Shown piece by piece: positions 1 through 8,093 of a stretch of 64,000 bases of DNA. Source of the stretch: a virus (Duplodnaviria > Caudoviricetes). The position numbers and the translations under genes are program-made. Positions within the stretch are counted from its first letter, which is position 1. Every line of letters starts with the position of its first letter. The notes below the pieces were generated by a model. The model searched no databases. It worked only from the letters and a program-made list of their open reading frames with translations, and was not told where the DNA came from. The stretch lies in the IMG/VR virus record IMGVR_UViG_2602041664_000001, positions 18,872-82,871 of that record; one strand, given 5' to 3'.

Positions 1-126
1 GGTTCTAATAAAGGCTTCTACTGGCGTGGTAGCCCTTGTAGAGCGTTATACTCACTTTACTTTACTTAGTGCTGAACACGAAAAGGATTTCTCGGATAAA
101 GATATCCCATTCCTTAGATAGTGCTG

Positions 127-294
127 ATGATGAACTTTCCTCTCCCTTTTTCGCTACCTCTTAGGAGTAGTATTTTATTCGATGGGTGTGAACTTTTAAA
201 ATCTCTCTTACATAAAGGAAAGAATAGAAAAGGCTCTACCCCGTATGCGAATAGACGCAATCGTAAACGTAAAAACCGCACAAAGCGAAAGTAA
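127..294 (+). CDS. Small basic protein (55 aa) ending GSTPYANRRNRKRKNRTKRK
   Basis: Hand-translated ORF below the track cutoff; C-terminus resembles the micro-ORF at 10076-10174. Confidence 0.45.
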   Translation: MMNFPLPFSLPLRSSILFDGCELLKSLLHKGKNRKGSTPYANRRNRKRKNRTKRK

Positions 295-318
295 ACAACC
301 CTTAAACTTAAACGACCT

Positions 319-822
319 ATGTTTAGTTTCAAAAAGTATTTTGATAAGAAGAAAGAAAAGAAACGCATTGCACAGCAACATGTCTTGGAAAAGAAGTGCG
401 TTGATTATTTCGACAAGTCTGTCTCTCGAATGACTGGAAGTCTGGAGATGTTGGTAGGCGATATGCCTTTGTCTGTAGAAGGAATCTACTTGCTTGGAAA
501 GTTTATTAATGATAGTTTTCCCTTGCAGGCGGTGAGACTTCATTGTCTTTACGAGGGTGGTCGCCCTGTCTTGTCTTATGGAGATTATCCGCAACGCTCG
601 CCGTATGAATGGTTAACCGCGGTGGAGAATTTTCCTGAGGAACTTTGGCTTTCAGTTGATGACTATCCACGTCCAACCTGTCCTGCATTGCTCTTGTGCG
701 AGTATGGTGGCGGACATTATGAGGTAGTCGAATATGAAAACAAGACGTGGACAACAGAGCTTTGTTTTCCTGTTAAGCCTACTCGCTATTTCGTTCTTGA
801 TTTCCTTAAAGATAAAGAATAA
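319..822 (+). CDS. Hypothetical phage protein
   Basis: 167-aa ORF, co-oriented with neighbours. Confidence 0.7.
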   Translation: MFSFKKYFDKKKEKKRIAQQHVLEKKCVDYFDKSVSRMTGSLEMLVGDMPLSVEGIYLLGKFINDSFPLQAVRLHCLYEGGRPVLSYGDYPQRSPYEWLTAVENFPEELWLSVDDYPRPTCPALLLCEYGGGHYEVVEYENKTWTTELCFPVKPTRYFVLDFLKDKE

Positions 823-870
823 CCGTCTTCACGTCATTCTTTAGTCCACTTCGCTTTTAAGAATGAGCCA

Positions 871-976
871 AAAGTGTACACTTTGGCAGCATAAAAGTGT
901 ACACTTTCAACTCTCAAAAGTGTACACTTTCGCATCACTAAAGTGCACACTTTAGTATCACCAAAGTGTACACTTT
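871..976. repeat. Array A1: five 14-bp palindromes AAAGTGTACACTTT, exact 23-bp period
   Basis: Copies start at 871, 894, 917, 940 (GTGCACAC variant), 963. Confidence 0.95.
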
Positions 977-997
977 TAGTTTTCGCAGGTATATATC

Positions 998-1032
998 TGT
1001 CCTAACTAAAATATAACGTTTAATTATCTTTG
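998..1032 (+). promoter_or_regulatory. Phage-type promoter TGTCC-N22-TATCTTTG
   Basis: Bacteroidetes -7 box with TGTCC starting 27 bp upstream; same spacing at 10 loci. Confidence 0.7.
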
Positions 1033-1036
1033 CTAT

Positions 1037-1441
1037 ATGAAAAGAATGGCAATCAAATACAAGGTGCAGCATCGACGCTCACAGGTGTCTGGTAAGCATT
1101 ATGCTTCTTTAGCTGCTGTCTCTAACGGACGTATTTCTTTAAGCGACCTTTGCGAGGATGTAGCCTCTAAGTCGCACATGGAAGCTCACGAGATTCGTGG
1201 CGTTATGGAACGTCTGGCAAGTCGTGCGCAAACACTTCTCTCTCGTGGTTTTCGTGTAGAGTTTGGCCCTGTCACTATCTTTCCAAAATCGTCTGGTACG
1301 CTTACCGATACTGAAACGCACGCTGCTACCGCTGACGACCTCTCGGTGGTGAAAGCAAAGACTACGCTCGGTGCTACCGTCTCCCGAAAGTTTACACGTG
1401 ACTTTGCAGAAGGTTGTAACTGGCAGAGGATAGACGAGTGA
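1037..1441 (+). CDS. HU-related (Bacteroidetes histone-like) DNA-binding protein, paralogue 1
   Basis: Y-A-x(n)-GRISLSDLCEDVASKSHM...LSRGFRVEFGPVTIFP pattern; true start may be ATG 1046. Confidence 0.8.
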   Translation: MKRMAIKYKVQHRRSQVSGKHYASLAAVSNGRISLSDLCEDVASKSHMEAHEIRGVMERLASRAQTLLSRGFRVEFGPVTIFPKSSGTLTDTETHAATADDLSVVKAKTTLGATVSRKFTRDFAEGCNWQRIDE

Positions 1442-1609
1442 TGCAGAAAGAGGTGATAAGTAGAACTATCTTTAATCCAGAAACGGGGGGGGGTAGTAAG
1501 AATACTTAAAGCGAACTATTACAAGATGGGTCATCGGAACTTTCTGTTTCGTTCTGATGGCTTTATCGCATCTTGTGTACTGAGTGAATATAGTTTTGAG
1601 AATTTTTGA
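1441..1609 (+). pseudogene. TRD-like mini-ORF U1, out of frame at a G9 tract (1485-1493)
   Basis: With G8 it reads MQKEVISRTIFNPETGGVVRILKANYYKMGHRNFLFRSDGFIASCVLSEYSFENF; ATG overlaps HU stop (TGATG). Confidence 0.65.
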
Positions 1610-1754
1610 TAAAAAGACACTATTACCTATCTGTGTAACTGTTGATAATTGTGTGGTAACACTTGTCTCCAGATATGGTAATATGGATTGGTCTAATCTT
1701 ATAGGTACACAGCATTATCCTATGACTGCTGTAATGGTTGAATATGATTTGTAA
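1584..1754 (+). CDS. TRD-like mini-ORF U2 (56 aa)
   Basis: ...ICVTVDNCVVTLVSRYGNMDWSNLIGTQHYPMTAVMVEYDL; clearly similar to T4 (3490-3687). Confidence 0.6.
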   Translation: MNIVLRIFDKKTLLPICVTVDNCVVTLVSRYGNMDWSNLIGTQHYPMTAVMVEYDL

Positions 1755-2547
1755 CTTTGTTGGTTGGACACGTGACGATAAAGGAAAGGTTCTAAACAGG
1801 CACTTTAAGGATATTTGTAATACGATTACTTCCAAGGCTGGTAGAAATGGTAATACCTCTCCTTTTGTGTGCATTAGTAATAATAATTCTAATAAAAGTA
1901 TGATTGCAAAGATTTATCCTGACGGGCATCCTGACTTGTTGGGAAAGAAAGATCCAACGCATCCTGTGCGTTATTTCGATATTCGTAAATTGACGCCGAC
2001 TGAATGCTTTCGTTTGATGGGTGTAAGCGATAATGATATTGAGAAGATTTTGCAAAGCGGACTGAGTAAGTCAGCTTGCTATAAATTGGCTGGTAATTCT
2101 ATCGTTGTTGATTGTCTCTACTATATCTATCGTAATATATGGCTGACCGAAGACGAACAACCACGGACGGGTGATGTTATGAGCTTGTTTGACGAACCTA
2201 CTTTTCGTGCTCCATTACCTAAAACTATCAATATGGTTACGTTATGTTCAGGTTATGATTCGCAGTGTTTAGCTATGCAACGTCTTATTTCAGATGCTAA
2301 ACAGCAGGGCTATGATGTGACGTTCGACTTGAAGGCGTGGAGTGAGTTCGACCCTGAAAGTCGTTCTGCCTTGGAGAAACAACCGGCGGTTGTGGCACAC
2401 AACTCTCTTTTTCCTCAGTTTGCTGACCGTAACGTGGGTGATATGACCAAAGCAGATTGGTCGTTTCTGAAGGGTGAAAATATTGATTTGCTTACCTATT
2501 CAACTCCTTGCCAGTCTATTCTCAAGCGGGAAAGCGGACAGGGATAA
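1744..2547 (+). CDS. Circularly permuted DNA (cytosine-5) methyltransferase, 5' part (TRD, motifs IX-X, I-IV)
   Basis: RKLTPTECFRLMG (IX), YKLAGNSIVV (X) precede TLCSGYDS (I) and LLTYSTPCQS (IV, catalytic PC). Confidence 0.85.
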   Translation: MICNFVGWTRDDKGKVLNRHFKDICNTITSKAGRNGNTSPFVCISNNNSNKSMIAKIYPDGHPDLLGKKDPTHPVRYFDIRKLTPTECFRLMGVSDNDIEKILQSGLSKSACYKLAGNSIVVDCLYYIYRNIWLTEDEQPRTGDVMSLFDEPTFRAPLPKTINMVTLCSGYDSQCLAMQRLISDAKQQGYDVTFDLKAWSEFDPESRSALEKQPAVVAHNSLFPQFADRNVGDMTKADWSFLKGENIDLLTYSTPCQSILKRESGQG

Positions 2548-3026
2548 AACGTGATAGCGGTACACGTTCATCTGTGTTGTGGTACACAGAGAATGCTATT
2601 CGTGCCTTGCGTCCTAAGTTTCTCTTACAAGAGAATGTTCGTGCGTTGGTTAACAAGATTAATGTCGATGATTTCAAGGAATGGCAGAAGGTATGCCAGG
2701 ATTGTGGCTATACGAATTATTGGACTATTATGAATGCAAAAGACTTTGGTGTTCCACAGAATCGTGAACGTGTCTTTATGCTTTCAGTTCGTAATGACTT
2801 AAATCTCCCTACTTATCGTTTTCCTAAACCTTTCCGTCTCGACAAAGCTATTGTTGATATTCTTGAGGAGGATGTGAATGAATCTTATTTCTTAAAGCCA
2901 GAGAGCGTTCTTAAGTTCTTCGAGGCTAATGAAAAGCCAGAAGATGCAGGTATTCATTATCTTGTAACCGATCATAAGCTGTCAGATGTGGAGATTGCTA
3001 ATGTGCGTGGTGCTGAAAAATCGTAG
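2508..3026 (+). CDS. C5 methyltransferase 3' part (motifs V-VIII), -1 frame relative to the 5' part at ~2520
   Basis: SQAGK...RSSVLW, LLQENV (VI), MNAKDFGVPQNRERVF (VII-VIII); one extra T at 2520 gives continuous PCQSISQAGK. Confidence 0.85.
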   Translation: MPVYSQAGKRTGIKRDSGTRSSVLWYTENAIRALRPKFLLQENVRALVNKINVDDFKEWQKVCQDCGYTNYWTIMNAKDFGVPQNRERVFMLSVRNDLNLPTYRFPKPFRLDKAIVDILEEDVNESYFLKPESVLKFFEANEKPEDAGIHYLVTDHKLSDVEIANVRGAEKS

Positions 3027-3183
3027 GACTGACGAGGGCAAGGCTGTTCGTCGTTTGTATGGCGACAACAGTGGTATGTGTCGCTTTGCAGATAGACAGC
3101 TTTTCCCCTCGTCCGCTTGTTGGTCGAATACTGTTACTGGTGTTGATAAGGATAATTTGATGTTGGTGGAATATGATCCGTAG
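3001..3183 (+). CDS. TRD-like mini-ORF T1
   Basis: RRTDEGKAVRR...WSNTVTGVDKDNLMLVEYDP; start may be 2986 or 3001. Confidence 0.65.
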   Translation: MCVVLKNRRTDEGKAVRRLYGDNSGMCRFADRQLFPSSACWSNTVTGVDKDNLMLVEYDP

Positions 3184-3331
3184 AGATAATATTTGTGTTG
3201 TCGGTCTTTTGCCGTTTATAACTTGGTTTAGACCTGATCGTGTAGTTCTTTCTGTAGAAGGGGTTAGTACTACCTTACAGACGCAGATGAACTCTAAACT
3301 TCAGAAAATATTAGTAGAGTATGACTTGTAG
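3173..3331 (+). CDS. TRD-like mini-ORF T2 (52 aa)
   Basis: MIRRDNICVVGLLP...RVVLSVEGVSTTLQTQMNSKLQKILVEYDL; ATG inside GAATATGA of T1. Confidence 0.65.
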   Translation: MIRRDNICVVGLLPFITWFRPDRVVLSVEGVSTTLQTQMNSKLQKILVEYDL

Positions 3332-3503
3332 AGAAAAAACTATTCGTGCAAAGTGGTTGCCAAATGGAAATATCCGTTTCTTTAGGGATGACGATAAGAA
3401 GAGTGGGGTAGGTGAGCTTTGTTGTACCGCTTGTTGTAATCCTTCTGCGACAGTTATCCGTGGTGTTGTGGGTTGTGTTATTGTTGATTATGAATTTGAT
3501 TAG
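3321..3503 (+). CDS. TRD-like mini-ORF T3 (60 aa)
   Basis: ...NGNIRFFRDDDKKSGVGEL...PSATVIRGVVGCVIVDYEFD; ATG inside GAGTATGA of T2. Confidence 0.6.
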   Translation: MTCREKTIRAKWLPNGNIRFFRDDDKKSGVGELCCTACCNPSATVIRGVVGCVIVDYEFD

Positions 3504-3687
3504 TCTTTGCTCGACGGCTGTTTCCGTTCCTAAATTTCTTTTTTGGGGTCAAATGGCTGCTGTGAATGTTTGTACGGGTAATGTCGCTTGTACGCTAAAT
3601 ACTCGGTATGAGTATATGGGTAAAAGTGATTTCCTTTCTTTAGTGCATTTCCCTAAGACTGTGGTTTTGTGTGAATATGATATGTAA
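3490..3687 (+). CDS. TRD-like mini-ORF T4 (65 aa)
   Basis: VNVCTGNVACTLNTRYEYMGKSDFLSLVHFPKTVVLCEYDM; ATG inside GATTATGA of T3. Confidence 0.65.
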   Translation: MNLISLCSTAVSVPKFLFWGQMAAVNVCTGNVACTLNTRYEYMGKSDFLSLVHFPKTVVLCEYDM

Positions 3688-3904
3688 CTGTCCTGTTTTG
3701 TACGTTCGTGACGTGCGTCCATCCGATTCCTCTTCGCCTGTACGTATTAGTGCGAGTCGTGGACGTAACCCGTCATCTCCTAAAAAAAGGGCAAGGAGTG
3801 GAGAAACGTTCTTGCAGTTTGTTGAAATAGGTAGTGGCGTGGTTACGAATACGATTACTTCTGTTTCTAAAGATAACTGGTTATGGATAGAAAAAGACTT
3901 ATAG
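3677..3904 (+). CDS. TRD-like mini-ORF T5 (75 aa)
   Basis: ASRGRNPSSP...VTNTITSVSKDNWLWIEKDL, typical phage C5-MTase variable-region repeat. Confidence 0.7.
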   Translation: MICNCPVLYVRDVRPSDSSSPVRISASRGRNPSSPKKRARSGETFLQFVEIGSGVVTNTITSVSKDNWLWIEKDL

Positions 3905-4023
3905 GTACATCCGTTCACCCTTTATCCCATAAAATAGAGTGGAGTGGGTGGCTCTCACATTCGCCCGCATTACGCTCGACGGATTACAAATGTCCGCATT
4001 GCTTGGTATTTGAATATGAATAA
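3883..4023 (+). CDS. TRD-like mini-ORF T6 (46 aa)
   Basis: MDRKRLIGTSVHPLSHKIEWSGWLSHSPALRSTDYKCPHCLVFEYE (hand-translated). Confidence 0.6.
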   Translation: MDRKRLIGTSVHPLSHKIEWSGWLSHSPALRSTDYKCPHCLVFEYE

Positions 4024-4174
4024 AGGAAATGTGTCTTTGATAGTCTTGGGGAGATATTCGCCTTCTCAAAATGGTGTAATCGTATCTCCCCTTGGTCTGT
4101 CTCCTTGCATTGTTGGTGGAGATACCGGGCATGATACGGACGTACCGAAGATTTTGTGTGAGCGTGATCTGTAG
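4016..4174 (+). CDS. TRD-like mini-ORF T7 (52 aa)
   Basis: LIVLGRYSPSQNGVIVSPLGLSPCIVGGDTGHDTDVPKILCERDL; ATG inside GAATATGA of T6. Confidence 0.65.
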   Translation: MNKGNVSLIVLGRYSPSQNGVIVSPLGLSPCIVGGDTGHDTDVPKILCERDL

Positions 4175-4177
4175 GTT

Positions 4178-4212
4178 TGTCCCACATCGTTGTTTTTGTT
4201 TTCCTATCTTTG
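4178..4212 (+). promoter_or_regulatory. Phage-type promoter TGTCC-N22-TATCTTTG
   Basis: Exact 27-bp offset between TGTCC and the -7 box. Confidence 0.7.
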
Positions 4213-4260
4213 TATCGTCTTCTATTGGAATTGTCCTTTGGAGAATGAAAAAGTATTGGT

Positions 4261-4830
4261 ATGGTTTCACGATTTGATAATATACTTGAACATTGGGCAC
4301 AAATTTATCGTCCGCTTTCGCATAACCCAGAAAAGGGCAGCAAGGAGAAAGCTTTCTATCGCATTGATACTATCAATACGCAGAATGAATTTGTGCGCAA
4401 TGTTAACACCGCTGCTTCACCAGCTTTGGCTTACTCGTCTTTGATAGATGCTGAATTGCACGACTCTTTGAAGACGGTTCATTATCGACATACGTTATAT
4501 TTCCTTGCTAAACAGCCTCAGGTATCGCTGGCTAAGTCGGCAAAGCAGGACGATGATAATGCTGCTGCTCTGAAGGTTGAAATGGACGAGTGGGTGAATG
4601 ACTTGCTTATATGGTTGTTCTCTGTTCGTAGGAAAGGGAAATGTCCCATAACTGGCAAGGTGTTTAGTGATGTTGACTTACAGGCTTTGCGAGGATTGGA
4701 TTTAGATAATGCTTCGTGGGCAACTATTCCTATGATGTATAATGGTTGGTGGGTGTTGGGCTTAGAACTTAACCAGGTGTCTCCTCGTAAACAGTGCATT
4801 GAAAATGAACGCTATAAGAAACTTCTTTAG
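4261..4830 (+). CDS. Hypothetical protein, possibly tail completion/terminator-like
   Basis: 189-aa ORF behind a putative late promoter; function is a guess. Confidence 0.6.
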   Translation: MVSRFDNILEHWAQIYRPLSHNPEKGSKEKAFYRIDTINTQNEFVRNVNTAASPALAYSSLIDAELHDSLKTVHYRHTLYFLAKQPQVSLAKSAKQDDDNAAALKVEMDEWVNDLLIWLFSVRRKGKCPITGKVFSDVDLQALRGLDLDNASWATIPMMYNGWWVLGLELNQVSPRKQCIENERYKKLL

Positions 4831-4937
4831 AGTGTATTAAACTCGCGCCATAAGTATTTAATTGAAAGAATGCCTATCACCTGTGAAGGTGGTAGGCATT
4901 CGCTATTAATAGTGGTTGAGTTAGTTTGTGTTCCTTT

Positions 4938-5636
4938 TTATCCTTCCGCTATTCGAGCAGCAAGTGCGTCGATGTCGCTATGCTTTTTACGCATACTTTC
5001 TTTCTCACTATTGATTTCTTGTAGCGCACTTTGTACATCTTTCCATAGTGCCATATTCACTTGTTGCGTGATAGGGTTGTAATCTCCTACGGCTATGACG
5101 TGATTGGTTGCTTCTTTACTTTCCTTTGCAGCGTTGGTTGTTTCTTCGCTAACTTGAAGATACGACCCCTCATAATTGTCGCCAAGGATGAACAATTCAA
5201 ATGGCTTTATCTCAATAGCGTTCTTCTTAGCCTCTTGTACCTCGCTTCTGCGCTGTCTTCGGATGCGCTCTATATCCATCTTAGTCAGCATAGCATACTT
5301 TCTTTTTGCACGTCTGACGGCTTTCAATTCCTCATTGCGAATATAACTATCCCAGCTGTCTTGCACCTCCTTGTAATACTGCCAATACGCTATATTCTGT
5401 AAGAAGGCTATCCATCCTTGCTCTTTTTGTATCATAAGGATAGCTAACGGCTCCGCTATGAACAGTCTTCTGTTCTTCGTGTCCCACAGCAATAACCCTT
5501 TCTTTTCCATTGTCTCTAATGTAGCGAATACTTGTGAAGCGTCCGTTCTTAGTCTCTCACGTTTTGTCTTTCTTGAGAAAAGTTTCTTCAGAAAATTCAT
5601 GTCTATACTTTTTTCTTGTTTATATTCTTCGTTCAT
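4938..5636 (-). CDS. Hypothetical protein
   Basis: 232-aa ORF with its own TGTCC promoter. Confidence 0.75.
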   Translation of the reverse strand: MNEEYKQEKSIDMNFLKKLFSRKTKRERLRTDASQVFATLETMEKKGLLLWDTKNRRLFIAEPLAILMIQKEQGWIAFLQNIAYWQYYKEVQDSWDSYIRNEELKAVRRAKRKYAMLTKMDIERIRRQRRSEVQEAKKNAIEIKPFELFILGDNYEGSYLQVSEETTNAAKESKEATNHVIAVGDYNPITQQVNMALWKDVQSALQEINSEKESMRKKHSDIDALAARIAEG

Positions 5637-5649
5637 CTAATCTCTGTCG

Positions 5650-5684
5650 CAAATTTAACATTTCACCTTTATTCGGTAGGGACA
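5650..5684 (-). promoter_or_regulatory. Phage-type promoter TGTCC-N22-TAAATTTG
   Basis: Reverse-strand copy with the same spacing. Confidence 0.65.
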
Positions 5685-5760
5685 AAATTGTCCTCTCACC
5701 CTCTTTGTGATTGACATTTAGTCTTCTCAAATCGCCTCTTTTCTCACCTTGTTTTAACTC

Positions 5761-6310
5761 AAAAGGAGACTTCAAGGATGCAAAAGGAGATTTTTATTTT
5801 CTCGTCTTTTTCTCTAAGTGGCTGATTTTCAATCTAAAACGCTATTTTCTTGTATTTAAAAGGAGAAAAAGACGTTTTTTCTTGATACCCTATATATTAT
5901 TTTGAAGAAATTTTTCTTGCCAAGTAGCATTGTTTTTCCGTACCTTGAATTGTATATAGTAAATAATTAAAGCTCCGCTTTCACTTTGGTTATTAGCGTT
6001 TTACGAATAGTTGAAGGATAGCAAAGAGCGGGGGTATGTACTTGTTTTTCTCTATTTTACTTTACTTATTTTTTTCTCAGTGCGCTATAAGTTTATGAAA
6101 ATATATCTTATTTTCTCCTTTTAAAGTATAACTTATTGATTAGTAATGATATAAGCGAGATTCGTTTTCTCCTTTATGTCTCCTTTTACATCTTTCTGTA
6201 TCTTTTTAATTCGTTTTTGTCTTTCACAAAATAAGTGATTCAGTCTTTTTGTGAAAAGTCAGGGAGATTTTAAGGCAAAAGGAGATTTTTCACTTTAAGT
6301 TTCTCCTTTT
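5761..6310. repeat. AT-rich non-coding region with ~8 AAAAGGAGA/TCTCCTTTT repeats; candidate replication origin
   Basis: Copies at 5761, 5782, 5858, 6277 (+) and 6114, 6168 (8/9), 6179, 6302 (-); upstream of a primase-like gene. Confidence 0.5.
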
Positions 6311-6417
6311 GGATATTGAATGAACTTTTCATGGAGTATTAATGATCTTTGATATAATTTATAGGGTATGGCAAATGTTAAAAAAGTGGTAAGGATTAAA
6401 TGTTTTCTTTGTTTTAT

Positions 6418-6448
6418 TTTGACAAATTAAAGTAAATGTTTAACTTTG
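6418..6448 (+). promoter_or_regulatory. Host-type sigmaA promoter TTTG-N19-TAACTTTG
   Basis: Matches the Bacteroidetes -33/-7 consensus. Confidence 0.65.
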
Positions 6449-6478
6449 CAGCGTAGAATTAAATAAAAGCATTGTAAA

Positions 6479-6886
6479 ATGAACAAAAACTTAAAATCCA
6501 TGAAGCTTTGCTTTGTTGTAGAGATACTTTTATTATCTTCAGCGAATATCTTAGCTTTGCTTTTTATGGATAGTATATATATAAAGATAGGAATGGCGAT
6601 GTATCTTTTCGTTATTTTCTTCTTTATGATCCTTCCTGTTACACGTAAGAATACAGATGAAGAAATGGGTTTCTTTTTAGGAAGGCTTTATGATAAGTCA
6701 TATCTTACTGAGATAGGAACACAAATAGCAATTACGATAGTGTTCTATTTGTTCAGTTTCTTATGGTCTTTGCTTCTTTTTGCAGTTGGATTTCACTTGC
6801 TGTGGACTTTTGCTTTGCTTATTGAAGTTGTTGATAAGTGGATTTATTCTAAGTATAATCAAGAACGTGAGGAAGATAAAGTATGA
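6479..6886 (+). CDS. Membrane protein (about 4 TM helices)
   Basis: Long hydrophobic stretches. Confidence 0.7.
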   Translation: MNKNLKSMKLCFVVEILLLSSANILALLFMDSIYIKIGMAMYLFVIFFFMILPVTRKNTDEEMGFFLGRLYDKSYLTEIGTQIAITIVFYLFSFLWSLLLFAVGFHLLWTFALLIEVVDKWIYSKYNQEREEDKV

Positions 6887-7797
6887 GCATCTTTGATGTG
6901 AAATGTAGCGTTTATCGTTCGGCTAAGGATAGGATAGGAACTGGTGATATGACGATTGCTGAGTTTCTACTTGGTGAACGTTGGAAGGAACCTGTCTTAA
7001 GGTTACGGGACATGGTGGCGGAGTATGGTCCACTTGAAGCAAAAATGCACGAGGACTATAAGCTGACTAAACAGCAGTTGCCAGGTGCTACGCTTTCTGG
7101 ATTATTCTCAAGGCGTAAAGGTGATTGCTTGATACAGCACACAGGCTTTGTTGCTATAGATATTGACCTTGGAGACAACACAAGCATCGGTAACTTTGGA
7201 ACCATTCTGCGCACTCTTCGCCATCGTGCCGAGGTTGCTATGTATATGCGTTCATGTTCTGGTACAGGATATTTCGCTTTGATACCGTTGGCATATCCTG
7301 AACATCATAAGGAACAGTTCCGTGCTTTACAAAAGGAATATGCAGCGATGGGTATAGTGCTTGATAATGCTTGTAGCGATATAACCCGCATCCGCTTTGC
7401 TTCTTATGATGAGCATCTTTATGTTAATGAGCAGGCTATTCCTTATATGGGAGTGGATTTAGGAAGCCAAACACTCGCTCCTCGTGCGGCTGTTTATGGT
7501 GGTCATGTTGATAGTATGGATAGTAAGGTTCAAGCCGTTGAAACTTTGGTCTCAAAGTTAGAGATGCACCATATAGACATTACTGATAGCTATAATGATT
7601 GGTATCGCATTGGCTTTGCTTTGGCAAATCTTCCTAATCCAATAGGCAGGCAGATGTTTCACCGTGTTTCAGCTATATGCAAAAAGTATAATCCTCAAGA
7701 ATGTGATAAAAAGTTTGATACATTACAACGTCCTGAAAAGATAGGGTTAGGAACTTTCTTCCATATCTGTGAGGACTATGGTATAACTCTTAAATAA
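6883..7797 (+). CDS. VirE N-terminal/BT4734-like plus PriCT-2 primase-associated protein
   Basis: KQQLPGATLSGLF, FVAIDID, SCSGTG, DNACSDITRIRFASYD; C-terminal YNDWYRIGFAL...KYNPQECDKKF...IGLGTFF. Confidence 0.85.
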   Translation: MSIFDVKCSVYRSAKDRIGTGDMTIAEFLLGERWKEPVLRLRDMVAEYGPLEAKMHEDYKLTKQQLPGATLSGLFSRRKGDCLIQHTGFVAIDIDLGDNTSIGNFGTILRTLRHRAEVAMYMRSCSGTGYFALIPLAYPEHHKEQFRALQKEYAAMGIVLDNACSDITRIRFASYDEHLYVNEQAIPYMGVDLGSQTLAPRAAVYGGHVDSMDSKVQAVETLVSKLEMHHIDITDSYNDWYRIGFALANLPNPIGRQMFHRVSAICKKYNPQECDKKFDTLQRPEKIGLGTFFHICEDYGITLK

Positions 7798-7808
7798 TTT
7801 ATAAAAGT

Positions 7809-8093
7809 ATGGTGGTAAAAGTTTCAATTGATTTGGACGACATCGACGAGTATGACCTCGTTGAGTATTTAGAAGATCGTGGCTATCTCGTTGAGAAAGA
7901 AAATCTATCAAGTGATGATAGTAATAGTGCTATTGATACTGGCTATAATGGTCAGGCTAAAAGTGTCGTAAGATATATAAATGACAATGGCGAAGAGACC
8001 TTATTTAAGGAGGTTCTATATGAGTACTTAGGTATGGGTCACTTTAATGATGTTGATACTCTTTGTGAGGAACTAAAAAAGAGATTAAGCTAA
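7809..8093 (+). CDS. Hypothetical acidic protein
   Basis: 94-aa ORF in operon. Confidence 0.7.
   Translation: MVVKVSIDLDDIDEYDLVEYLEDRGYLVEKENLSSDDSNSAIDTGYNGQAKSVVRYINDNGEETLFKEVLYEYLGMGHFNDVDTLCEELKKRLS

Noticed and set aside
871-976. Palindrome arrays (also 12602, 24473, 34658, 56190) as CRISPR or TIGR-type guide arrays
   Set aside because: Repeats are 12-14 bp and spacers only 8-11 bp, with no cas or Nop-domain gene recognisable and no alternating dual-repeat structure; fixed helical phasing fits protein-binding sites better
3412-4444. Track ORFs 3412-3687 and 3944-4174 (extended starts), 4092-4277 and 4190-4444
   Set aside because: The extended starts overlap upstream TRD ORFs and the ATGs inside GAnTATGA junctions are more consistent; the last two overlap a promoter and a longer gene
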